This document shows, piece by piece, positions 40,769 through 52,205 of a DNA stretch of 64,000 bases. The first letter of the stretch is position 1; every line of letters starts with the position of its first letter. The notes beneath the pieces are model-generated. The model saw only the letters and a list, made by a program, of their open reading frames with translations, made no database searches and had not been told where the DNA came from. The DNA is from Ophelia neglecta (Eukaryota), in NCBI GenBank assembly GCA_965285935.1, contig OZ260662.1, positions 120,280,001 to 120,344,000 on the forward strand, given 5' to 3'. A program made the position numbers and the translations under genes.

Positions 40769-43700
40769 CTGGAATACAGAGAACATGAAGATAAAACGCT
40801 GATACCAGACATGTGAAAAGAAAAGTGGGTCTCGATCAGAAGTGGTAGGTACGATAGGAAAGGGATATGAGATGCAGAAAACAGGTTTAGCGCACAAACA
40901 AAAACTCTTCAATAAAAACTAACAGCAGGCGGAGTCGGGAAATGTAAGCTGAATTTAAACAAAAAAGATATATAAATGATTCACAAAATGAAACTTTTTA
41001 TCGTATGTAAATAAAGCACCATAAGCAGAGCACCATATTTAAACAAAGAGCTAAGCATGGTTGCATTTCTCTTGATAATAAGGTAAAGCTCGACGCGATG
41101 GTCATCGTATGATAATAAGCCTGTCGTTTTCTAACCCAAATTCAAATGAAGACATGGCTACAATTTCAATCACTGCCATGACACTGCGACTATATGCCTA
41201 GATCATTTGAGGTACTGTTATGTTACATAATGATATATTTATCTGGTTATACATCCCAATATGACACTGTGACGTCATGCAGTCTCATACCTCACAGTAC
41301 AACCCATCATGCTATCTGGTTATACACCCCAATATGACACTGTGACGTCATGCAGTCTTATACCTCACAGTACAACCCATCATGCTATCTGGTTATACAC
41401 CCCAATATGACACTGTGACGTCATGCAGAATCTTACCTCACAGTACAACCCATCATGCTATCTGGTTATACACCCCAATATGACACTGTGACGTCATGCA
41501 GTCTCATACCTCACAGTACAACCCATCATGCTATCTGGTTATACACCCCAATATGACACTGTGACGTCATGCAGTCTTATACCTCACAGTACAACCCATC
41601 ATGCTATCTGGTTATACACCCCAATATGACACTGTGACGTCATGCAGTCTCTTACCTCACAGTACAACCCATCATGCTATCTGGTTATACACCCCAATAT
41701 GACACTGTGAAGTCATGCAGTCTCTTACCTCACAGTAAAACCCATCATGCTATCTGGTTATACACCCCAATACGACACTGTGACGTCATGCAGTCTTATA
41801 CCTCACAGTACAACCCATCATGCTATCTGGTTATACACCCCAATATGACACTGTGACGTCATGCAGTCTCTTACCTCACAGTAAAACCCATCATGCTATC
41901 TGGTTATACACCCCAATATGACACTGTGACGTCATGCAGTCTTATACCTCACAGTACAACCCATCATGCTATCTGGTTATACATCCCAATATGACACTGT
42001 GACGTCATGCAGTCTCTTACCTCACAGTACAACCCATCATGCTATCTGGTTATACACCCCAATATGACACTGTGACGTCATGCAGTCTCTTACCTCACAG
42101 TACAACCCATCATGCTATCTGGTTATACACCCCAATATGACAATGTGACGTCATGCAGTCTTATACCTCAAAGTACAACCCATCATGCTATCTGGTTATA
42201 CACCCCAATATGACACTGTGACGTCATGCAGTCTCTTACCTCACAGTACAACCCATCGTGCTATCTGGTTATACACCCCAATATGACACTGTGTCGTCAT
42301 GCAGTCTCTTACCTCACAGTAAAACCTATCATGCTATCTGGTTATACATCCCAATACGACACTGTGACGTCATGCAGTCTTATACCTCACAGTACAACCC
42401 ATCATGCTATCTGGTTATACACCCCAATATGACACTGTGACGTCATGCAGTCTCTTACCTCACAGTAAAACCCATCATGCTATCTGGTTATACACCCCAA
42501 TATGACACTGTGACGTCATGCAGTCTTATACCTCACAGTACAACCCATCATGCTATCTGGTTATACATCCCAATATGACACTGTGACGTCATGCAGTCTC
42601 TTACCTCACAGTAAAACCCATCATGCTATCTGGTTATACACCCCAATATGACACTGTGATGTCATGCAGTCTTATACCTCACAGTACAACCCATCATGCT
42701 ATCTGGTTATACATCCCAATATGACACTGTGACGTCATGCAGTCTCTTACCTCACAGTACAACCCATCATGCTATCTGGTTATACACCCCAATATGACAC
42801 TGTGTCGTCATGCAGTCTCTTACCTCACAGTACAACCCATCATGCTATCTGGTTATACACCCCAATATGACACTGTGACGTCATGCAGTCTCTTACCTCA
42901 CAGTACAACCCATCATGCTATCTGGTTATACACCCCAATATGACAATGTGACGTCATGCAGTCTCTTACCTCACAGTACAACCCATCATGCTATCTGGTT
43001 ATACACCCCAATATGACACTGAGACGTCATGCAGTCTTATACCTCACAGTACAACCCATCGTGCTATCTGGTTATACACCCCAATATGACACTGTGTCGT
43101 CATGCAGTCTCTTACCTCACAGTACAACCCATCATGCTATCTGGTTATACAACCCAATATGACAATGTGACGTCATGCAGTCTTAAACCTCGCTGTTACA
43201 TTTTGCATGCAATGTTATTTTGCCAATTTACTATTAACACTTGATTAACTAACTATTAATCATAATTAAAGACAAACCAATTAACATATCCCAGATATAC
43301 AAGTCATGATATAGATATACAAGAAATGTAAAAAGGTAACTTCCTGAGGGGGACTTGATGTAAATCACTACTAACTTGACCGTTACCCATAGGGGGCTGA
43401 ATATAAACCAAAACTAACTTGACCGTTACCCATAGGGGGCTGAATATAAATCAAAACTAACTTGACCGTTACCCAAAGGGGGCTGAATATAAATCAAAAC
43501 TAACTTGACTGTGACCCATAGGGGGCTTGATGTAAATCAGAACTAATTTGACTGTTACCTGTAGGGGGCTTGTTGCAAATCCATTGCAGAATGGCTATTG
43601 AGAAACCAAAGTATTTTAAAATGTGATCACAGAATATAAACAAATGTTTCGAGTTATAGTAAGCTCTGAACAGTTTTTCGTGAACAAGAAGCGAGAAAAG

Positions 43701-46700
43701 GATTTATTCTTTTGCTGTTTTGTAGTTTAACATTATGGGATTGCTTCCTAATGCTCATACATTTATAGATCTGTGTGTGGTATTTTATGAGCATTAGTGA
43801 GAGGTTCTCACCTGTGGAGGAGAGATGTTCATATTGACCCTTGACCCCGCCAGGCTGTGTTCGACGTCCTGTAGACGTCCGACCAGGGTGTTGATGTGTT
43901 CTAACAGCTCTCGGTTGTGTATTAACAACTGGTGGTTCTGCGCCTAAATAACGAATGTTTGCATGCGATAAATTGTTTATACCTAATTAAGGGAGAACAT
44001 CTTGTCCAATTCAATTTAAATAATATTATCATTTTGGGGTGGTACAGAGGCCCAAACATAACGTAAGATATTTTAATTTAAAAAGAATATAAAGTAAATA
44101 GGTCCGAATTTGATTACGAGTATAACTCGTAAGGTACACACATGAATTGAAATGGGTATGGACGAGGCTACTGGTAACATTAATCCGAAATTCAATGTAT
44201 GAAAGTAACTAAAAGTGCAAAACCATTAGATATTCGTGATCATCTCTACAGCGTAAATATACATGCTAAAGTTTAGTGACAAGGCAGGGATTGGTGTCAT
44301 TGTATTCTAAAGCGAAATCAAAATGTATACTCGTGACATAGGGCTATGAGGACGACTTTGACAAAGGAAAATATAAATGTGATGCATGTCTGGTATAATG
44401 TGCCTTATTTACAGTAAGCGCACAACAACTTAAAGCACAATCTTTCTCTACAAAGTAGGCTGATCTTGTTATCACTAAGCTAGCGTTCCGAGACCTTAGA
44501 GATATGCACTGAGATTACCTTAAGTGTTCAGCAAGCAATAGCTTCTGACAAAACTGCCCTTGATATAATTTTAGATTCTACTTTTGTATCTACGGAAATT
44601 TATGCCTGACTACAGATGCAGCGTTTCGGCGCGGCCCAAGATTATCACTATCTCCAAAATGTAACAGAAACCATCTGCAACTTAATAATATGCCAAAAAC
44701 AAAGTGCCCAAAAAGAAAGTGGGTTTCTCCCAAGACTAAGCAACTTTCATGGTCACGTGTCTCAACTTCCACTCTTCCTGTGACACCTGCCCTTCCCACC
44801 CACTAACAATGCCCCCATCCCCCCCCCCCCCAAGACCTGTGTTCAATCAAACTAAAAGCATTGACTCCAGCAGTTAAGTATTATCTTCACCTGGGCTTCT
44901 ATCCTGGCAGCTGTCTCTGCTGATAACTGGTCCTTCAGTAGGTGGACTTGTGCTATAGCCACCTGAAAGCCAAAAGCTGTAACCATTAGGAACACGCAAA
45001 AAGGCGTAAATTAGCATAACTACGAGATGAACAGGCTGATAAGGCACTGCATCAGTAAATCAGTCATCATTATGCGGAATTCACAACAAAAGAGATCTGG
45101 ATAAACCAGTGGGTTGTTAGACGGACCGACAATCAGACATTAGACACACTCACGGACATGACAAAACACTGTCTTTGCGGGTAGAGCAGGGCAAGATAAA
45201 TATCACAACTATGGCTGCTCTGCCTCAAATTATATTGATAGATGAATCAGACATTGCCAGTCAATATTGGCTGAAGGCGAGTACATGTCGTTGATCTATC
45301 ATGCTAATTATTACAGAAGACATAAGCTAATAACCTGAGTTTGCTGTTGCTGTTGTTCCAATTGTTGTCGTATTAGTTGACTCTGGTGGTGGTTACTGAG
45401 AGGAGTGTTGTCATTGGTTAGCATGAATGGGTCTTCTAGCGGCGGCGAGCTCGGAGAAGATATTGTACCTATGGCCTGGATAAAACAAACATTAAAATTA
45501 CACGTGGACAAGACAAGAACTAACCTTGTATGATGTCACAGCAAAGGTGAACGAAATGAAATAAAGAACGATACAGCTGCTAAACTGAAACTAAAACATC
45601 TTATATGGCAACCAGTCCGGGGTTACGATCTAGATCCCTTCAGTTAAAACCATTCATATTATAGGTGGTGACAGCTATTGCTATGATGTAACATAGTCAC
45701 ATATTAAAGGTAGTGACAGCTGTCGCTCTGTTGTAACCTTGTCACATATTAAAGGTGTAGACAGCTGTTGCCCTGATGTCACATATTAAAAGTACAGACA
45801 GCTGTTGTTCTGGTGCAACCTTGTCACAAATGAAAGGTGGTGACAGCTGATGTTCTAATGCTGCCAATGTGTTAGGGCAGTGTGTATTGTTGGTTACTTA
45901 ACAGGACAGTGACGACTTTAATACGTTTGAAGGTTAAGGTTGATGTTGCACTGATGTAAGAAATTCCATTGAATGGTACATCGTGTTAAGGTAATGTTTC
46001 ATGTCCCTCCACCCAAACCCTTGACAAGAGATACAATGCTGACCTGTTCTGCCCTGGCTCCCACTGAGTTGAGTAGCTGCTGGGCCTGCCTGAATGCTTC
46101 CTCCGGACTCTGAGGGCTACTGACGGAGGTCAGAGGGCCCGGACTCGAGTCTATGGCAGACTTCTCGGGGGTGGGGGTGCCTGAAATCAACCCAAACTAG
46201 AACATGATACCGGGCACTACAGACAGACAATAGTGCCTGAGGCTGGGTATATTCCCAGATAGCTAAAGCAAAAAGGGAGTTTCAAGCCCTTTTCCCAACA
46301 AACATACTACCTAGTGATAAATGCTTGAACACACTGCTTTTGCAAAAAAAGAATGGGTCCCAGGTATATTGAAGAGAGTACCTTACAGGGAGGTTCAAGC
46401 CCTTTTCCCAACAAACATACTACCTAGTGATAACTGCTTGAGGACACTGCTTTTGCCAAAAAAGACTGCCTCCCAGATATATTGAAGGAGCTACTTAACA
46501 GGCTTTAGCCTTACTTACTTTTTCTATCATCATCTGATGAAAGAATGGGTCCCCGGTATATTGAAGAAGGTACCTTACAAGCTTTAGCCTTACTTACTTT
46601 TTCTATCATCATCTGATGACTTCTCCGAGCCGCCGTCATTGGGATCCTCCTTCTGGGCGGCCACAAGACTGAGCTTGTGACAAACCTCGAAGGCTTGGCC

Positions 46701-49266
46701 CACCGTTCTTACAATACGCATAGCTTGGCTCTGAAATAAAACAGGTAATTTATAAACAATATGCGTGGTCTGCCCCCTGAAATATATAGAAGTGTAACAA
46801 TCCGAATTAATAACACAGTGGGAACTATTCTATATATCAAGTAAAGTACTACACGCACAACCTATGCAGGTGTTAATCTACCTTTAGAATATTCAACAAG
46901 CAACCGTTAAAAATGATTATGATATGTGTTTTGTATGATTTGAGGATCCTACACATGAGTTGATAGGTATTCACCTACCTTTTTATATGCCTTGAAGACA
47001 TTACACTTGAAGACGTTGGTTGACCCGTCTCTAGCTATGTAACTAAAGATCTTTAAGTCCTGAGAGTCGTGGGACACGTAGAAAATCCTGGGAAAGATGG
47101 TCATGAAAGTTTTAATTATTCCTTTAGAAATATAACCTTTAGAATAATGGTACGAGTCTAAGGAGTGCTTTTCTGAAGTTGTATGTTGAAGACTTATAAA
47201 GCAGTTCGTCAAGATTTACTATACTAGTCTGTTTTATCACAAACACTCTAGCAAATTTTGCCACCAATAGTCGTCTTGCCAATTCTTCCGGCAGACCTCT
47301 CCAGAGGTCGCCCTCAATACAATGCTATCCTTGGTTTGTGTGTATACAAGTATGCTAAAACCAGGTTAATGCAGATCTCTATTCGTAAAAACATTAACTA
47401 TAGATATATGAACTTGTATTATACTGATCTATAAAAAGTGACACTAAATGACACTTAAAATGATGCAGGCATAGTACGAAATCCCTATAGGTAGTCACGG
47501 GATTTTGTTACTAATGATAGCCAGGCGCCGCCAATTGACACTTTCCACCTGCACTATAAAGAAGAAACAGGTGCTTATCAAATAGGCTAAGCTTGTCAAA
47601 AAAACCATGATTAGTATATTTCAATATTTATAGGCAAATGGCATATATGGCCAAGCGTATCAATGGGGAAAATGTTCCTGCCTTTATTTCAAATATGTAT
47701 ATTACAATATATGTATACAGACGTTCGATGACTGTTGCTTGAAAGCTCCTCCCTGAAGAATCAGTAACTCGGTGGCTGTTTGGTGTCATTCCTTTTATGT
47801 AAGCAAGCGATGACTTTTAAGAACATAATACTTCAGAAAGGCTGCTTGGCTCAGCCAGAGAGACAGAGACACTAAGACGGGGTGAATACTTGAGTACTTG
47901 TTTACGAAAAGAGTGGCCAACTTATATAATAAAAGAGTATTTTTGTAGTCCTTCAACCATTTCTTGGAAATCTTTTTAAGTTTCTGTAAAACTTGCTTTG
48001 CGTGACACGTAATGGGCTGACATTGAGTGTGCTCTGTTGGGATTTTACTAGGTCTAACGACTATCTTCTGAGGAAGGATCTTCCCTGGCAAGTGTCTGAT
48101 ACACTAGTTACATGTAATTGGACCTGAAGAGATCATTAAGGCGGATGTAATGAAATCAGGTTTTTAATGGAAGGCTTCGCCAGCAATTCAACATTTCCAC
48201 ATCGGTGTGGAAATGTTGTATTGAAGGAAATGAAAAACACACAGCATGAAAATTCATCACGCTTCTTCTTACAAGTATGACCTAATTCATTTATTGGATT
48301 TGTCTTTCACTTCATCATGTGTGCAAACTGGATAATCTCTTTGAAGTGTTGCTGCACAATGCAGTGATTCACGAATTTCAACTAAAATTGGCTTATTTTT
48401 TGCAATTTCACTGCACCAATTAATCACCATTTTTGTTCTGTGTGCATTTAGACATCTCATTGAATATTTGATATTTCGAAAAAATACTTATAGCTTATTT
48501 ATATTAATAAAAGTAATGTCTATGTAGCTTTGCATGTGCTAGTTAATTATAAATCATATATATTTACCTGTATATCTGATGGTGCATAACAAGTTGTTTA
48601 TTTTCATCCCAGGCCCACTGCTGTCTCTGAAAAAAACAGGTTAAACAATGTGTCATTTTGATAATTACATCCTGATATATGTTAATATTAAAAGTAGGGA
48701 AATAATTTAAGTTGGACACAAACAAGAAAAATAATACCACACTTGCAAAACAAAAACAAATAAAGATAGCTCTGTAAATGAAAACATATAACTCCGTCAT
48801 CTTATAAACCAATCATAATGTGGGCTTCAGGGTCAATGACTCGGCCACCACGTCAAATTTATAATTTATATTGTTAACAATTATTGACAGTACTGATGCC
48901 GGAGACTGATGTTTGCATATTTGCATTAAGCTGGTGGTTGGTGTTTGTCTATTTACAATAACGAAGCTGGTGGTTGATGTTTGTAATTTACAGAAAAGAA
49001 GCTGTTGGTTGGTGTCTGTATATTTACAGTAATAATGCTGGCGATTGATGGTTGTCTATTTACAATAATGAAGCTGGGGACTGATGTTTGTGTAATTGTC
49101 TGTTTGGTTCTTGTACCAATCAAAACCGTTTCAAGCCCAGTAATTGTAACGTAGACCAATAAGCGCTTACTCTTTTCTTTTTCTTCCTCATGATAATTTT
49201 CACACCCTCCACCGACACCACAATGTTTACCTTCTTCTTTTTTATCGCCTTGGCTTTGAATTCATA
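39455..49266 (-). CDS. NOS1AP: CAPON/NOS1AP-like PTB-domain adaptor (dyc-1 family), 5'-partial. 9 coding exons join(49171-49266,48568-48626,46979-47087,46598-46730,46044-46180,45335-45475,44891-44962,43812-43943,39455-40768) = 730 aa + stop
   Basis: The spliced translation [25 protein letters not shown]...[38 protein letters not shown]...NVFK...[22 protein letters not shown] and the coiled coil [31 protein letters not shown] match NOS1AP as I recall it. All introns are GT-AG and the phases are compatible (total 2193 nt). Confidence 0.95.
41240..43187. repeat. 73-bp satellite, ~26.7 highly homogeneous copies, in the last CAPON intron
   Basis: Unit tatctggttatacaccccaatatgacactgtgacgtcatgcagtctcttacctcacagtacaacccatcatgc. 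Confidence 0.98.
43345..43575. repeat. ~43-bp tandem repeat (aaactaacttgaccgttacccatagggggctgaatataaatca), ~5 copies
   Basis: Units seen directly. Confidence 0.88.
43812..43943 (-). CDS. NOS1AP: CAPON exon (coiled coil): [44 protein letters not shown]
   Basis: tatttag|GCG acceptor, CAG|gtgaga donor, 132 nt; resembles the HQLLxxNxxxLxHI motif. Confidence 0.9.
44891..44962 (-). CDS. NOS1AP: CAPON exon (coiled coil): [24 protein letters not shown]
   Basis: gctttcag|GTG acceptor, CAG|gtgaag donor, 72 nt; translated by hand. Confidence 0.94.
45335..45475 (-). CDS. NOS1AP: CAPON exon: [19 protein letters not shown]...[23 protein letters not shown]
   Basis: ttttatccag|GCC acceptor, CAG|gttatt donor, 141 nt; PLSxHHQ...QQQQQTQ family motif. 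Confidence 0.9.
45655..45860. repeat. Degenerate ~44-bp repeat (gtcacatattaaaggtggtgacagctg...)
   Basis: About five diverged copies. Confidence 0.7.
46044..46180 (-). CDS. NOS1AP: CAPON exon (linker): (S)[15 protein letters not shown]...[10 protein letters not shown]
   Basis: gatttcag|GC acceptor, CAG|gtcagc donor, 137 nt, phase 1/0, which restores the frame. Confidence 0.82.
46278..46619. repeat. Mosaic of short local duplications in a CAPON intron, including a copy of an exon 3' end and its donor
   Basis: 46281 matches 46394 (ttcaagcccttttcccaacaaacatactacctagtgataa); 46349 matches 46541 (aagaatgggtccc.ggtatattgaag); 46502-46540 matches 46581-46619. Confidence 0.85.
46598..46730 (-). CDS. 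NOS1AP: CAPON exon (PTB C-terminal helix): [44 protein letters not shown]
   Basis: tttatttcag|AGC acceptor, A|gtaagt donor, 133 nt, phase 0/1; not in the ORF track, translated by hand. Confidence 0.94.
46979..47087 (-). CDS. NOS1AP: CAPON exon (PTB core): [36 protein letters not shown]
   Basis: tttcccag|G acceptor, AAG|gtaggt donor, 109 nt, phase 2/0; hallmark CAPON motif. Confidence 0.96.
48568..48626 (-). CDS. NOS1AP: CAPON exon (PTB): [19 protein letters not shown](R)
   Basis: ttttttcag|AGA acceptor, AG|gtaaat donor, 59 nt, phase 0/2. Confidence 0.9.
48890..49110. repeat. Degenerate ~36-bp repeat (gaagctggtggttgatgtttgt.atttacaataa)
   Basis: About six diverged copies. Confidence 0.65.
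49171..49266 (-). CDS. NOS1AP: CAPON exon (PTB): [32 protein letters not shown]
   Basis: ttttcag|TAT acceptor, AGA|gtaagc donor, 96 nt, phase 0/0. Confidence 0.93.
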
Positions 49267-49773
49267 CTGAAAAACAGAAACAAATAGACAATGAAATATC
49301 ATCAATGCTCAGGGAAAAATAGTGTGTGACCAAATCTAGCATGCAAGCAAAACGTTACCCAACATTTATAACAGTAACATGATATAAAATGGCGTGCTTG
49401 CAATGGCGGGTTGAATCACTGTTGGTGTTGACAAGGTAATGTAAGAAATTACTGTTGCTGTAGAAACAGATTATAACTTAAGCACGGCAGGAACAAAGAC
49501 AATGTTGCTCCCTATCTCCCTTCATCGCCTGAAAGGCAATGCTAATTTTTCGAAAGAGAGAGTGTCAAAGAAACCCCATCTTCTGAAATTGATGTGTTCA
49601 ATAAATATAAAACATGGCTCTCCGATCTCTGTCTATAACTGAAACAAATGGCGGGGGAAATGAAGAAAGTGGGTTGATGTCAGGAGTTCTGTCTGCAATT
49701 TACCATGTTTTATTAATACTGAGACCAGATTGAAGAGAATTAAAAAAAAAACACCCACTGAGTGTATGTAGTC

Positions 49774-49975
49774 TGGGTCCGGTTTCTTGAATCAGTCTTA
49801 TGTCTTAATCGGATTTAATTCAGGATTAAAGTGTTTAATCGGTCTTAGTTTGCTAATCGGCGTTTTTCGAGCATAGATTTGGCCTTAAGCCTAGACATTG
49901 TGGTCTTTAACTTAATCCTGGGCAACGGAAACACTATCCCAAAACGTAAAGACTGCTTTGTGAACACGGCCCCGG
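49774..49975. mobile_element. MITE of the 7056-7288 family, in a CAPON intron
   Basis: Ends tgggtccggtttcttgaa / ttgtgaacacggccccgg; internal gtcttaatcggatttaattcaggattaaagtgtttaatc is the reverse-complement analogue of 7223-7268. Confidence 0.5.
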
Positions 49976-52169
49976 ATAGCTCTAGATCTATCTAGATTGA
50001 TAAATGTGCGTGAGTAGTAATTACCTAAAGTGTCAAAGCAATCGCTAAAAATGAAATAAATGTATGCAATAAATACAAAGCATTGTTCTCCATCCTTTAG
50101 AAACAATGAGATAAAAGCCAGCGGAAATGAAGCTAGGAGATCTATCATTCTAGGAATAATCAGCGTTTGTAGATAACTATATTGCAGAGAATAAATCATA
50201 GTAAATCGTAGTGAAATCTGCCAACTGGTAAATGTGAAAGACTGCAGCATTCAAAGTAACGGCTTATCACTGATTGTAGATTGTTCGGCTAGCCATTTCA
50301 TTCTCTCAGCAGCAAGTCCTACAAAAGCCTACATGGTGTAAATATTAGGCATAAGACAAGACCTTTTTGCCAAATTATGCATATTTTAGATATATGCAAT
50401 ATACGAGATTTGTAACACTAAATCTTTCAGCTACGACATTATTCCTGTAATGTCAGGATTAGGATTTTTATCCAGTAAAACTAATATGACTTTGAGGATA
50501 TTATGCCTAGGGACTAGGTGTTTGGCACAAGTAACAGCGATGTACATCTCTTGTTTAATCAATGGCCACAGTCACCTAGTCTTATCCAGTACTTAAAACC
50601 ACTTCGGTTAAACAACAATGAAATCTACCGGAAATCTCAATGATTAGGCCATCGACAACTGCATACATACTAGAATATATTGTAAATGATTCCTCCAATA
50701 TAGTCCAAATGCATAGTTACATGCTTTCTAAAGAATAAGGTCAAATATTAGCCTTTTGGCGACTTGACCTTGCTAGGATATTTCAAGATTAAAACGCAAT
50801 CCAGGATATTTCAAGACGTTTGTGATTAGCCATGACCGTTGAAGACACAAATCCAGCACGTTTATGATAAGCCATGACCATTGAAGCCACAAAGCTATAT
50901 GTGTCTAGTGGTCATGGCTAATCACAAACGCAATGGCTAAAATTGTCATTTAATTTGGTTGCTATGAAAAGTAACAATTATAAATATGCTCGACAAGTTA
51001 ATTAGTTCCTGCTATTTCGATACTCTGTCCGCCCGTCAATATCGGCCCCCAAAGTTACATTTCTTGTTGAGGCAGTACTTAATCTCGCTTTCAATAATTA
51101 CCGTTAGTAATATATTAGCAGCAGGGTTCAAACAAATGGCCTGGACCTGAATACATCCTGTGTGAAAACATGGCCTGTGTGCTGACACCAGGGTTTGTTC
51201 ATTTATGTGGAGTGGACTGGAAAAAGATGGAAACTGAAATCTGTGCTCCTCCTCTACCCTCGCCCACCATCACCACAAATCACTCCATTTTTTAATCAGG
51301 TGGACATTTAATACAGTTCAAATGGTTGTTTCTAACACACATTTTTGGAATGGATGAACAAACGGGAGTTTACACGTAGCAGACCACAAGACATAACAAC
51401 AAATCGGAAATTATCCAGTACATTGGCCCAGATTCATCGGGAACCGAATAAACCCCTTTCGCACTAGACCTAGATTCACTGCTTAATGTATCCTCAGCTC
51501 CCATGATTCAATAGATCTACAGGAGTGCCTACAAAAATCCCAAGAAAAACCGGGACATATCAGCCATACAATTATGTCCTCATCCGTACCTGTCGTCAGC
51601 GGGTAATCTGGGACAGCAGAATCATCCAGAACTAATCTGTCTTGTTACCACGGTGATGGAATTATCTAGTTACCATGGTAGCGGGACTTCTCAGTTATGT
51701 AGTCATGTTCTAAGTAGATAGGTGCAGATTAGCAAGTTGCTATCAGCGAGGGCCACAAGCTCGCCCGATATCTTTCATTACAATTGCTTTCTGAGCGGCA
51801 ATCAGCAAACTGCAGTATCTCGTCAGCTGCTGCCACGAACAAGTAAAAGCGAACGAATAAAAAATAACATGAGTTAAATAAACGGGGCCCCAAAGGCTTT
51901 GTGAGATAGGTAGAGTTACCACGAAACAATCGTTACGAAGGGACAACTACAGTCCTAACCATATATCAATATATACTACTCAACAATACAGCCGTAATAG
52001 TAGATACCAACAGCATACTTGTTTGACCCCTCGGACCATGGTTTTGTCCCTAAATACGGTGAATGAATCACATGTAAAATGATACTATGCATGGATAACA
52101 CTCTATATACAAACAAAATGTGTGAATGAGCACTGAAATGCTTGGGAGGCGGGTCTTGATTGAGATTTG

Positions 52170-52171
<2 letters not shown>

Positions 52172-52204
<33 letters not shown>
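52172..52204. repeat. (AT)n microsatellite
   Basis: Seen directly. Confidence 0.97.

Positions 52205-52205
<1 letters not shown>

Noticed and set aside
39969-40802. Plus-strand ORFs of 106 and 168 aa
   Set aside because: Antisense shadows of the CAPON terminal exon
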